DNA of 62,001 nucleotides, filler included, from Sphacelaria rigidula (lineage: Eukaryota): the NCBI GenBank assembly GCA_964200075.2. It is 7 parts of 7 records of this genome, joined end to end, with 100 filler letters (N's around TTAATTAATTAA, not from the genome) between each part and the next. Parts side by side here need not be neighbours in the genome. Positions count along the whole stretch, not along the records: positions 35,489 to 44,259 come from CAXNAA020010144.1; positions 44,360 to 53,130 come from CAXNAA020010145.1; 5 more parts are not named here. One strand, 5' to 3'. The notes beneath the pieces are model-generated. The model was given only the letters and a program-made list of their open reading frames with translations, searched no databases and was not told where the DNA came from. The position numbers were made by a program, and so were the translations under genes. Shown one piece after another: positions 35,801 through 48,410 of the stretch; the stretch's first letter is position 1; each line of letters begins with the position of its first letter.

Positions 35801-37028
35801 GTCCCGGCTTTGTAGGGATGCGAGGTAAATGGTCTTATGACTACGGCATGCGAGATCATGAGTACCCCTTACCCCCCTTCTCCCCCCCGAGTACCGCATG
35901 TGTTTATACGTGTGTTCGGATTCACCAAGGGGCGGCTCAGAGAAGAAGAGGAGCAATAATAGTAGAGAATACCAGGAGTATACGATATGATTCGAAACGA
36001 ACGAATAGGGCAGTTGCCGACAGTAGGCATAGCACTGTGGTTTTTGGCTATTGTAGGAATAGTGCGGTCAGAGTTTTTTCTCGCCATGCAACAAAGAGTG
36101 AACTTAGCTCGATTTTTGTTGTTGTAGCCCAGATCAGGATTGTCACTTACTCTTTACTCGTGTACTGCGAGAAACAAAATAGGAGGAAACAAGCAGAGAG
36201 CTTGGTACTTAGCATGGCTGAAGAGTTGCATATACCCGAGTTGCCATGTACGCTAAACTATCTCTACTTCCCTCGAGCGTCTTCGTTTCAGGCCATAATT
36301 TGCGATTCGAGGCACTTGTGTACCTTGTTTTAGCCAGTGTTACACACCTAACCGTTGTCGCTATTGACGTGTCCGATCCATCCGCCCCGCAACTCGAGTG
36401 GCAATGCCGACGAGGACACACCGCCCCGGAAGTACCACCTAAATAGCTGGATTGGCCGGGAAAACATACTGATTAATGTACCTTAAAGTGGTCAACAGCG
36501 ACAAGAAAAACGTCATTTTTCCTAACCACTGCTATGCGTATTCTCATTAACACACTTCATTTCGCAGGTGGTATTTCTTTTTTTTGTATCTCATCTTTTT
36601 CCGGGATTCAGACACGCAATACTTGCGCAGGGTACCCGTCGTGTCTGACTGATTTCCATCTAACACCACGCCAACTGAATCTTGTAAATGAACGATGTTT
36701 CTTCTCTTTGAAGTGCTGCTGTGATGCTTTTGAGTGGCATGTTTTTGTGCAAGACTGCGTGTGAGTGCCTGAGAATAAGGATATGTAAGTCTCCAAACCA
36801 TCTCCTGCTTGGGGTTGTGGCCGACGAGTCAGTGCGCGTGGGATACTCTGAGCGTGGCGGTTTCTTTTCGTAGTCTTGAGCCACAAAAACTTGTCCGTAA
36901 TCATATATTCCGGCGTGAAGAAATATGAATCTCCGACAAGCGCATGCTACGAACGCATGATGGTGGCAGGGTTCTTGACTCTCTTCCTTCTCTCACGCCG
37001 GATGACACACCGCGCTGGGATCGAGCAG

Positions 37029-37158
37029 GTGGTCTCGTCTGACGGAGCAGTACAGAACACCCGGCAGGCTTCCCATGATGCCGAGATGTTGGAGAAGTTG
37101 GATGCTGCCTCGGACGAGCACAACGACAACAGTAACAACAACAACAACAACAATGCTG
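37029..37158 (+). CDS. Candidate internal exon, unknown low-complexity (Asn-rich) protein
   Basis: cag|GTG GTC...GCT G|gtgagt. Encodes VVSSDGAVQNTRQASHDAEMLEKLDAASDEHNDNSNNNNNNNA. Confidence 0.5.
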
Positions 37159-37639
37159 GTGAGTGTCTCAGCCGTTATCCTCGCAACAGGTTGGTTTCGA
37201 AGGGAAAAGAAGCAAAGCTGTTCATTTGAGCCTGCCGTCTGCATCTGCAGGACCGGAATTGCGAGTGACCCTATCAGTATAATGCACCATACATTTCGAA
37301 CGATTTTCGCAGTATTAGACACCCCCATTCCCCCCCTTCCCCCTCCCCTCCCGTGCTCGGGACGAGTCCGTAGTGTCGAGGAACCAACTATTATAATCTG
37401 TTCCTCGACCCTTGCCTTGCATTGGATCATGACTCCTACAGCACGCCGTGACTTGAATTCAATCTTGCTATTTCTACCAACTGTTGTTCTTGTGCTCTCG
37501 GATGATAACGAAAACAGACAAGAGTACTTTTGCAGCCGGGACTTGAAACCACGCAATCCGCACAATCTGGTAGTAGTACTAATATGCCTGTTCGACCACC
37601 GAATTGCGGCCCCACGCACTCTTCCAAGGGTCGCACATA

Positions 37640-37885
37640 TATGAATGATTCGTCTGGAACCTACCTGCTTTTAGTGCAATTGATTCGTCCCGTACTATTC
37701 GGTCCTTGGGCCTTGTTTCCAGCGTTGCAACCGAGGTACGCGCAGCCCAGGCACGTGGAACGGCGCAAAAGTTGTGAGGAGACCCTTTGTACGAGCGGTC
37801 ACAACTTTTTTCCCTCTTTCGAGTAATCAGACTCGAAAAATCGTGGATTTGATGGTTCGAACCGGCGGTGATTCGTCCCAACCGT
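37640..37885 (+). repeat. Dispersed repeat (inverted homologue at 56795-57040)
   Basis: TGATTCGTC motifs, and AAAAATCGTGGATTTGATGGTTCGAA mirrored by TTCGAATCACCAAATCCACGATTTTT. Confidence 0.65.
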
Positions 37886-38169
37886 GCACTGTTTCCAAGT
37901 TACGTGCGCTATATGGTCATTTCTTGAAGGACTTAGTCCGAGCGAAGGCGGCCGTGCGAGTACACGTCCGTCGCTGGCGAGTACTCCTTTTTTTTTTTCT
38001 TTCCTCGTGACCTTGTTGCCCCCTCCACGCCCCTCCGATCCCGCTTGGGAAGAGTCCGTGGTCTCAAGGGATCATCAACCCATCTCTTCCCGCCCCAGTA
38101 CGTGCCTTGCATTCTGGTACCTACCGCGGATTGGATCATGACTATCAGCACTGTATGTTTTTATTTCCT

Positions 38170-38350
38170 CGAAGAAAGGAGGAAACCTGACTCAACACTT
38201 ACCCCGAAAGCGGGTTCTTGTGTCGATTTTCCGGAGGCTCGGCTAAAAATGCCTCACGGTAGTCATGTGGGGTAGGCGCCTCAAGCGTTCGCAAGCTTTG
38301 CTCAAGGTCAAGACTCTGAGGGCTCCACGCCTGGAATTGTTGAGCCCCAG
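38170..38350 (+). repeat. Dispersed repeat (homologue at 46270-46430)
   Basis: AAGGAGGAAACCT...CCGGAGGYTCGG...ATGTGGGGTAGGC...TTGAGCCC is shared between two contigs. Confidence 0.6.
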
Positions 38351-38776
38351 GAGACAGGGCAAGATAATGACATGCCTGTCGGGGGCCTCTGAGATATGCC
38401 ACAGGTATCCAGGAACATAAGGTAATTTGGCGCCTGATCGTGCCTCAGCTGTTACGCGAGGCCTTCTCAATATTTTATGTTTGGCGCCATTCGTCTCTGC
38501 ACATATGCCATTTAACTTTCCCCCCCTCTCCTTGTCCCACCTCTTGGCGAATTGGTTTCACATATTTTTATCACGGAAGAGGTGCATGTGTATCAAAACC
38601 CAGCTTACCTACTACCACATTCGGCAGACTGGCGTCCCAAATGAGTTGCATATCTTACGGTCGATAAGCATGTATGTCCTTCCATGAATGAACCAAACTA
38701 TCTTTCGTGGATTGTTGAGGTGGACTTTCCGTTTAACGTTTACATTTACACTTGCATCTACATTTACTACTACATT

Positions 38777-38820
<44 letters not shown>

Positions 38821-39064
38821 CTAACTACCACCACCACTACTACTCGAAGTTTGTCTATGTACAAAACGCCTTTTCCCTTTTCAGCGTTGGAGGTGGAGTC
38901 CCAAACAGCCCCCCAAATGAATAAAATAACGCCCCCCAGCCCGCCGCGCCCCCGCCACAACCTTCCTCTAATCGACCCGACCCGGCCCACCGTCTCCCGA
39001 TTATACAGAGAACAACAGCACAGTCCACGGGGTGCCACCCGTCGAGCAAGATATTCCTCTTCAG

Positions 39065-39604
39065 AGAAATGACAGGAGGGAAAGATACGCGCACGAAAAC
39101 ACCACCGCTGATGGGGGGATGATGATAGCCAAGGGCAAGGATACATCTTCCGCAGCCGCAGCCGCATTAACGGTCGCCGAGGGTGACCTCAAGAACTCGA
39201 GGAAGTCTTTGCCGAAATACAGGCAAAAGGAGGGCAACAACAACAACAACAACAACAACGCTCTCGCGGCCGCCAGCAGCAGCACCAGTGACACTGCTAT
39301 TGCTGTTGGTGCTGGTGGCGTGGGGAATCCCATTTCCGAAGACTGGCGTCAGCTAGGCGTCGTCGCTGCCCACAACAGCCATACTGAGCAACGAGAAGAA
39401 GAGCCGCCGTTCCGTAGCGTTCGACCCACCACGTACGCGCTCGGGTGGGCATCGGCGTCTGCTTCGAAGGTAGTACCACTGGTGAATTATGACGACGATG
39501 GTGGTGACGGTGTTGACGACTGGATTGAGGAATTTGGTACGTGGGGGACCTCCATGTACGATTTTTCGCTCACCTACAGCTATCCGTCCGAGCTCCAGTG
39601 GTAG
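39065..39604 (+). CDS. Candidate exon, unknown low-complexity protein
   Basis: Open GC-rich frame after ttcctcttcag, with poly-Ala, poly-Asn and acidic tracts. Possible donor GTACGT at 39537. No domain recognised. Confidence 0.4.
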   Translation, partial: RNDRRERYAHENTTADGGMMIAKGKDTSSAAAAALTVAEGDLKNSRKSLPKYRQKEGNNNNNNNNALAAASSSTSDTAIAVGAGGVGNPISEDWRQLGVVAAHNSHTEQREEEPPFRSVRPTTYALGWASASASKVVPLVNYDDDGGDGVDDWIEEFGTWGTSMYDFSLTYSYPSELQW

Positions 39605-39768
39605 CGGCGATCAGGGATTGATGATAGCGATTCCCGCGGGCTATTATCTCAGAGAGAAGCACGCGGGAGCGACAGTAACAGAGAAACATCGTGGAAACGG
39701 GGAAAAAAGATTTCCCTGTCCCTTTATCAGTGAAGAAGCGTGCCCCCACGGTGAGCGATGGTTTGAGT

Positions 39769-39809
<41 letters not shown>

Positions 39810-41394
39810 ACCCCCCCCCCCCCCACACACACAAACACACCCCGCGTCCACCACCCCCCCGCCCTTGATACTTTTGTCCTTGGATAGGAGTGCTCCACTA
39901 GGGTCTTGGCACAGTAGCACGGATAGGGGGTTGATACGATTTTTGCTTTTTTTGTTGTTGGATTTTTAAAAGGGAGTCGATAAAAAATAACGAGATAATG
40001 TAATTTCGATGTAACTGATGGTCGCTGCGGTGGGTTATACAATTTTACTTGTATTTAGTAGCTCGCCCCTCACAGGGATGTGTGTGTGTGTGTGTGTGTG
40101 TGTGTTTCAATTTTTTTTCCAAGAAGATTTTTTGCCCCCGAATAGGGAATCTGCGCCACCACCTACCTGTCTCGAAACGCTACAGTATATGCAACCATCT
40201 CACTGAGGGGAGAGTAGCCCACGTTTTCGATTCGCCAGGCTCCGAGCTTTCAAACGCGGCCACTTGCCAAAATTCCGAGTGGTGAAAGACAAATATGAAA
40301 ACGATGCGAAAAAAAAACAAGAAAACAATACAAGACAATCGCCACAACACATGTTGTCTTGTTCAGTCAGATTTGTTTCCGGCGAGTGGCCGTACTCGGA
40401 ACCTAGGAGTCCAGCGAATCGACAAAAAATGGACGAGGATGTTCCTCTCAGTGAGGTCATGCACAGTGTTCGAATCACGCAATGGCGACATTTCCTGTTT
40501 CGAGGCAAAAAACGGTGTGAACACATCCCACGACTGAATTTTCCAAGACGTATTATCGCATCCCTATTTTAGTATAAATAACACATTTTGAAGAGTGTAC
40601 ATATATATTTTTGGTCTTACCCTACGTTTCCTTGTATCACGGTTCATGTATGTATGTCTAAATATACATATATCGTTTAAGGATGTTTCAGGTGGGTCAA
40701 ATTCTCGGGTATTTACTCCTCCAATTTTTGTGTTGCGATGGTTCCATCTCCAACCCCTACTAGATGTCGGGTAGACTTAGGTAGGATCACAATACTCTAC
40801 CAGATATCTGGGTTATCTTGAATACGATCTCGAAACTCTACCCGAGTTTTAGGTACTTAAAGTACGATTTTTTCAAAATACCCAAATGTAGGACATACCC
40901 TACCCATCACAGCTTGCATAGTTTATATCTTTCTGCGTTTTTTTGTCGGGATGGTAACTTTTTTCTTTTTCTTAGAGGCGCGCGTGCGCGCGCGTGTGTG
41001 TGGCATGACCTCTTGTCATTGTGCATGAGCTTTTTTACCGTAACCTTGCCGTTTGCGTCTTCGGGGGTGGGGGGTGGGAGGGGGGGGGGGGAAGCACGCG
41101 TGTGGCGTCGTTTTTTTGTCTTCGTTTGTTGAATTTTGCCTCACATCTTGAGCGTGTGCCTTGTGTTGTTTATCATACGCTTTTGCTCCGTGAGTGTATA
41201 TGTGTGTGTATATTTCGTGGGGCGTGTGTATGTTTCGCGGCGCGGGGAAACATTTCAAGTCGTCAGAGAAACTACAAGGCCAAAACACCGCAACGCATAG
41301 TCGGTTGTAACCAGAGAGGAGATGCGTGGCGCCGGGTCGATTTTCCTCCTGCCCGAGATCGAAGGTTTTGCCAGTTCGTTTTCATCGTCGTCGC

Positions 41395-41448
41395 TATTGT
41401 TGTTATTGTTGTTGTTATTGTTGTTGTTATTGTTGTTGTTATTGTTGG
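41395..41448. repeat. (TTG/TTA)n microsatellite
   Basis: Directly visible. Confidence 0.9.
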
Positions 41449-43379
41449 TCATTTTCTCGTTCCTCTTGGGTGGTTTGGTTTACCCCACGGTGGTAGCAGC
41501 GGCATGAGCAGCGGCAGAAGCGGCAGCAAGAGGAGGAGAAAAAATTGTTGTCCTGCTTTCGCGTCCCTGATTCTTGTAGTCGTTTTACCTCGGGTCTCCT
41601 TTTTTTTCTTCTTTTTTGCACAGTCTTTGGTTGCCGGCCGGCGCATAGGGGTAGTTAGTCAGCACGTTGACTCTCACAAGTAGGATGTGGGTGGTCGGCT
41701 TATTGTCGAGGGATATTTATTCCCTCCCCACGGTACGCCGGGGCTGCGAATCGAACGCTAAAATTTTTGTTCCAAATCGTGGAGAAGCGTTATTGGGATA
41801 GAGATCTCATGGATTGAATTGTTTTTGTTATGTTGTTATTTTGTTATTTTTGTTTTTTATTTTCTAGCTCGTTGGGCACGGTTTTGAAACCGCTTTTTTG
41901 ACCCCGAAACGAACAAAAGAAACATCACCCTCACGTGTCTCGAACACTAAGGCATCACCCCCATTTTAGAGGGGTATAGCCACTACTTGTCCGATTGGCG
42001 GAACTTTGAGATTTCGAAAGAAGTCCCTCGACCAAGAGCCCCCGAAACGGAAGTTAAATGAATCAAGGACGATGTGAAAGTTCGCTGCAGACCACCACAT
42101 TTATTTTCTTTCGTTTCTGGTTGGACTTTTGTTCAGTGGACGCTCGCTCTCAAAGCCTCGGAGCCTAGGGAATGGGATGTATATTATATATATATATATA
42201 TGTGGGCTAGTATACTCTACTCAATGAGACAATGGGTGCACTGTGACCAAGACATCGTGATGACGATATCCTTGTTTTCAGGTCAAACATGGCGTCAAAT
42301 GCCACAAAGCTAAGGGGTCCCATTACAGTATGTAGGATGTGGCCTTAGTAAGTTGTGTTATATATATATATATATATTTCTTGAATTGTTGGTTGTGCTT
42401 TTTTTTCGAGTTGTAAACGACAAACCTCAGTCGGGTACGCGCATGGTTCCTAAACTTGTCTTTTGATCAACTGTTTTATTACCCTCAATCAATGTTTTTT
42501 TTTTTTCACTCGGAACAAATGTTATAGATCAGCAGTCATATGTGTACGAACACGCCTCCTCGACCTTCGGGCTAAGAGAGGATCCATTTCATTACGAGCT
42601 AAACAAGATTAGGATACGACGGTTTTGCGTGCTACCTTTGTGGTCATCTCGGGGACATTTTTTTTTCAATTTCTCACAATATTTTTGGTTTGTCGAGAAA
42701 GGACGTTCGTGAAAAGACGTCGAGCACTTCCATCACGTCTACTACCTTACATGCGCACACATAGTGAGTGTGAAATGTGAACGCAGGTTTTCGGTATACG
42801 TATTTTGTTTGATCTTGTCGGATTCCAACGACGAATTTTGGGTGCGAAATTGTAGGATAATATCTTCTTCATTATGTACGTGTGTAAGTATGTGTATTTC
42901 ATTTTATCGTACCTGTACACGCGTGTTGTGTTGATATGGAGCAAAACAGTGGGGTACGTACGGCATTTTATATCAGACGAACGCGCGGTCATTTGGTTCC
43001 CGGACGTGGATTCGTGGTTATGACAGGTGTTGATTGGGTTTTGTGTGTACGCCTAGCCAGTGTAGGGCGAAGGTCGAGTGGTTGGTTCCGTGTGTTCACA
43101 CGAGATGAGACGCGGTAGAGGTTTCAGACAGAGGCAAGAGAGAGTGAGGGTAAAGAGCTAATTGAGAGAACAAGAAAGACAACGACACTGCAACAGACTG
43201 AAGACAGACATAAATATGTAGGTGGAGCGAGAGAGACACTGCAATTGAGCACATGATCGAGTGATTGAAGACGGGATTTTGCAAATCGGGGATGGACATT
43301 GTATTGGGGATGAAAACCCGGAAAACTAAAATCCTTGTATCCACACCGAATCTTTAAAGTATTCTTCCAATTCTTCACT

Positions 43380-43594
43380 TGCTGGTAGCTACTGACAACT
43401 GCTACACGCCATAAAAATTTTGATTCCGATAACCGAAATGTCGGGGTCCTAGGTGAAAAACCATATTTGGGCGATTTTAGGTGTCCGATCGGCCCCGCCA
43501 AAATTGTCTTTTCACCTAGGACCCCCGACATTTCGGCCATCGAAATCCAAATTCTTATGGCGTGTACTGTAGTAGTTGTCAATAGCTACCAGCA
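43380..43594. mobile_element. MITE-like hairpin with ~80-bp inverted arms
   Basis: TGCTGGTAGCTACTGACAAC...CCGAAATGTCGGGGTCCTAGGTGAAAA mirrors TTTTCACCTAGGACCCCCGACATTTCGG...GTTGTCAATAGCTACCAGCA. Confidence 0.8.
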
Positions 43595-44160
43595 TAACCT
43601 CTTTGCGGTACATTTTGTAATATTCAACGGCGTTGCCTTTTCAGGATATACTCTGTAAAAATCATCCCGCAGGAAAGTGAAAAACGCCTGGCTTTTGTAG
43701 CATTGCACTGCAACTTAACTCACGATTATCGTCATGTCGACTGCGTATTTATTTTCTTGAACACATTCCGGTGTTGCAGTCGTTTTCGCCGGTGGTATCG
43801 TTGTATCTCAGATACGGGGTGTAATGAACAATGGGGCTACTTTGTTTTCAGTTTCCAAACCGCTGTCTCTGCGTGTGGCAAAGATGGGGCACAACACCTC
43901 GCGAATCACTCCACGGCATCTTCAGCATCACCTGCCTCGTACCATCGCGAATAGCTTATATATGATGTTGTCGATTTCGTCTCATCCGTTCAAATGCACG
44001 CTTACTTCAATTCGCCGTGTTCCGCTGGTCAATGTGCCATATTGCTGTGGTATATATCGACACTTCAGTTCGGGCGGAGGTCGGGGACACGAATCGCGGT
44101 TCACACGCTCCGGAGATTTTTGTCTGTCTGGTGTTCATCGTGACGATCCCAAAAAACGTG

Positions 44161-44207
<47 letters not shown>

Positions 44208-44259
44208 GGTGGGTGAAAACGCGTGAGAATACGCAAGGATAAAATTGATGAAATGTTGA

Positions 44260-44359
44260 NNNNNNNNNNNNNNNNNNNNNNNNNNNNNNNNNNNNNNNNN
44301 NNNTTAATTAATTAANNNNNNNNNNNNNNNNNNNNNNNNNNNNNNNNNNNNNNNNNNNN
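44260..44359. other. Artificial contig-join spacer
   Basis: N44-TTAATTAATTAA-N44. Confidence 0.98.
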
Positions 44360-44429
44360 AAGAATACCGAGACCCTCGAAAAAGACGGACGGGACCGGGG
44401 CGCAGCCCCGGGTCCCGTGCGGCTTGTAT

Positions 44430-44970
44430 ATATTGAAAATATATTGTATTGTCCGGGGTGTGATAAATATATGTCAAACGCGTTCGACAACTCTCCGAAG
44501 CAATGCATGCGAACTTCTGCGGCTCCCTTTGAAGCTTTTCCCAATCTGCACGAGCTCCGGCATCCATCGCGTCTGGATCTCTCTTCAAGCGTACACCATA
44601 CTTATAATATCCAATATATATATTGACTGATCAATACATTATCAGCCACGCAGACCCAATATATATTGACCGATCAGTATGTTCTCATCAATGCGACCCT
44701 AATATATATTGGTCGTGCAATATGCTGTCGCCCACGCTGCCCCACTATATATTGATGGGACAATATGTGTTCAACCCAATAGTACCAATATTTATTGGGT
44801 GGGCAACACCGGTATGTATGCAGTCCCACGACATCAATATATATCGGGCGCGCAATACATGTGCAGTATAAGGGTACCAATACATACTACACCGGCAATA
44901 TACCGCAAAATTCCAATATGATCGACTAATATATGTTGGAAACATATTGTATTGTCCAGGGTGTGGAATA
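44430..44970. repeat. Repeat with recurring palindromic CAATATATATTG units, bounded by ~30-bp direct repeats
   Basis: AAAYATATTGTATTGTCCRGGGTGTG occurs at ~44437 and ~44940. Confidence 0.6.
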
Positions 44971-44979
44971 ATCCCAGAT

Positions 44980-45060
44980 TGTGTGACTACACCGAGATTC
45001 GAACCCGCAATCCTACCGTTGGAAGGTTTCAAGGTTACCGACTGAGCCACCTGGGCGACC
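44980..45060 (-). mobile_element. tRNA-derived SINE head
   Basis: GGTCGCCCAGGTGGCTCAGTCGGT (A-box) ... GGGTTCGAATCTC (B-box). Same family as 984 and 6290. Confidence 0.7.
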
Positions 45061-47118
45061 GGCGTTATTAACGTTCTATGGACCCCATGTTTGGGGGAAA
45101 GTACGACCGGCGTTATTAACGTTCCATGGATCCCATATTTAGGGGAAAGCACTGTGTGGAATCTTCCTCAGACTGTATATATATATATGTGTGTGTGCGT
45201 GTATCAAACAAATAGACATAACTTCACGCCGGGACGATGATTTGTGTCGCGACTACTCGTACACATTCGTCTCGCCCCCGTTCTGCTCCGTCTCGAAAGG
45301 GATGATGGTCAATGGTTAAATGACTGAGGCAAGCAACAAATGAGTACGCCCCCGTCTCCTCCCTCCCCCCGTTCACTCGACTTGTATTTTGATAAATGAT
45401 CTGCTATGACTCCAGCTGTGGTCACACGGTAGACATGCCCAGAATGAATAAACGTAAACACCTGCTAAAGGAAACTCGAGAAATGGGGTGATGGGGTAAT
45501 GGGGAAACGACAAAGAGAAAGAGAACAAAAAGAGGAAACGTAGAGCCCACACGAAACAAAACAAAACAAAAGCGAGGAGAAGAGAAAAAAACCAGGCCGC
45601 TGACAACTATTCATAGTATAATAGCGGTTCCACAGCAATACCGGGGAAATAAACTGCAGGCCCCTTATGAATGGTTTTATATAGCGAGGCCGTGCAAAAA
45701 CAGAAGGAAGCGAAACGAAATGGCAAACGCCGTTGTATGTTTCAACATTGGCTGGAGAGACGGTGAAAAAGCCTCCCTTCTGACCAAAGATGTGTATCCT
45801 TCACACATGACTCGAGAGTTTGTTGTGAAGCTCGTTGTTTTCAATTGATTTCCGTCGTTCGTGCGGCGATTCTGGGCACTGGCTTGCCCCCTGGTACATG
45901 CGGGTCAGCACCGGTGATTTGAAGCTGCCATTTGTACCCAAAACAGTGATTTGTCCCACAAACCGTACTGGGCTAGCAACCAATATCCGCTTGACCGTGG
46001 GTGAGGATGGATAACGTACAGCGCCATCAAGTGGCACGGAAGTTTTACGAGAAATAGGAAATAGTATTTCCCGATGGCGTGGGTACTATCGGCAAATCCT
46101 CGTGCCGGGAGTGTCTCACATGTGGATATAATGAGGATATAATGTACAGTATACACCATGTCTGCCTTTTGTTTTGGACAATGGCCCAAGCTTGCTGGCG
46201 TGCACGTACTCGACTCTGTCACCCGAAGAAGGCCACTCCCTTGTCCATAAGCCTTGTTTCTCACCTTAAAGGAAGGAGGAAACCTCACCCAACACTCTAC
46301 CCAGCGGAAGGGTTCGTGGGCCGACTACCCGGAGGTTCGGTGAGACCACCACGTGCGTGGCAGTTATGTGGGGTAGGCCCCTCGAGTGTTCGGAAGGCCT
46401 TGCCCGAGGTAGTGTGGGGGTTGAGCCCACTGAAACCCCGTATCAACTGGGCGCAGTGCACGCGCCGCCCTACTCTTTCAAAAGCTTCGGTCCTCGTCGA
46501 CACAAACCTTGTGCATCATCACCCAAAGCAAACGGCTGAGAGGACCCTGAGTCACGCTGTCACACGATATCAGTGCCGCTGCAGGACTCACGTGACGAAG
46601 GAATCACCACGCACAACGCACGCGCTGCTTGTAAGGTGGAAATTCTGATTTTGTCCGGCGTTCACTGCACGGTATGATGCTGTCGAACCGTTCTGCGTAT
46701 GCATACGAAAGGTCTGACCAAACCTCGCGGTCGAATCCTTGATACTCACTCTCTCTTCTCCCGCTCTCGCTCGTGGAGAGGATACATCTTGGAAGTGAAC
46801 GGCGCCGTCCGACCAACTCCGTTCGGCGCGCTGCCCGATTCCATCGCTTGGCCTACCATCCCACTCGCGGGAGAATAAGGCTCCTGTGTTGTTAAGGGAT
46901 GGCAACCAAATGGTACATGATCGGGGATTTTAACTTGGCGTGAGCATGTCTATCTTGTGCTGGAGTTAATGGAACGATGATATGGGGGGTCAAGCATCCT
47001 GGCAGTCCCTCGTACTTCTGCACATCAGGTCACAATTCGAAAGACGTATCGGTGCTACCCGACCACGACACGCGCATATTCTCGAAAAATAACCATATCG
47101 TTCGATACAAGTGCACGC

Positions 47119-48410
47119 CTATATCATGGTGAGCGTGGAGACAGATTTCACGATCGAGCTATCCCCAACGTGGGTGGGAGGGGATGCTTCGATCGAACGT
47201 TTGCGAGACTTGGTCTCAGGCCGACAGCAAAGTGTGATTGGAACGACCTTGATGTCGATATTCGCGATATCTCGACGGCGCTCTATATCGTACCGCGAAA
47301 AAGTACGCACAGCAGCGGGTGGTTGCACGTCACATCCACGAGACTCCTCGAGCTGCAAGTCATGTCCCCGGTACTGTGAATCGATCTCGAAAGTCAACCG
47401 TAGGGTACAAGACCAGGTTTGAAGCGTTGGGAGCGCACACTTTACTATGTAAGGTCCATTATTATTGGCACTGCTTTTGTCAGAGATTTCATCATCTTTT
47501 CAGAGTTTCCAGACTCTGCGTTCAGACGTTTCCGAGAATGAAGCGGCGTGAGTTTTCCTCCGAAGCTCCATTTTTGGACAAGTCCGAAACATTCGGACTG
47601 CAACGCAGCATTTCGGAGAGCTGCTCTGTGGATACACCGTGGCGGTCGCAAGCATTCGAGAACCATCAGGTACTTTGCCAGTCCCGACAATTCCGGAGAT
47701 CTCCGAAAGTGCAGTGTCGATAATAATGGGCCTTAATTGTAGCGCGTGCTTCATTTGCCTCTTGAAGCGGATAGTGCTTCGTGCTTATCCACATTTGAGG
47801 CAGCCCGAATTCGGCAACTATAAGACAGTTTTCCGGATCATACTTCCCTAGTAATAGGGGAGCCGGAGGGCTCTGACCTTGAGGCAGAAACGGACGCGCT
47901 TCCTCCTCCCCTGGAGTCTTTGCCTGCCACCGGTTCAATCGTCTCTTGCACCATGAAAATGTACATGTCAAGAGCACAACCGTACCAATCACGAACATGT
48001 CGGCCAAGTCCTGCCGAATAGACGGCGGGGGCGAAGCATCCACGACCGCTGTACCGAGCGGGTGGTACTGGGCCATGCATACTGGTTGCGATACGTGGCG
48101 AGGATCTATCGAGGGTGACGGCAAAACAACCATCGCTCGGCCATCCTCGGCTACGCCCGTCTGCTGCTGTTCTTGGCCTCGTCCGTGATCGTAGCCATCG
48201 AGCGTGCAGACACGCTGATCACGCTTCTCCTCCGGCCATTTCCACCGCACGAGAGCCTTCACTTTGCCTCTCTCCTTGATGTTGGTGTTGGTGTTGGTGT
48301 TGGTGTTGGTGTTGTTATCGTTTTTGTTGTTGCCGTCATCGTCGTCGCCGCTGCGGTCGCCGTTGTTGCGGCTGGGGCCAACGTAGAGGGCGTTGCTGTT
48401 GCAGTCAATT
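47119..48410 (-). pseudogene. Decayed coding-like region of unknown identity
   Basis: About 245 open codons (48410-47666), then overlapping or adjacent frames 47754-47445 and 47397-47119. No motif recognised. Confidence 0.25.

Noticed and set aside
39770..39822. Poly-Pro/poly-Gly ORFs
   Set aside because: A poly-C tract of unreliable length with no coding support.
41021..41683. 220-aa ORF with hydrophobic run
   Set aside because: The run derives from a (TTG/TTA)n microsatellite; no domain or splice support.
44980..45060. Functional tRNA gene (also 984, 6290, 27171)
   Set aside because: A and B boxes are present, but there is no closed acceptor stem or anticodon arm. Multiple diverged copies, one attached to a SINE body.
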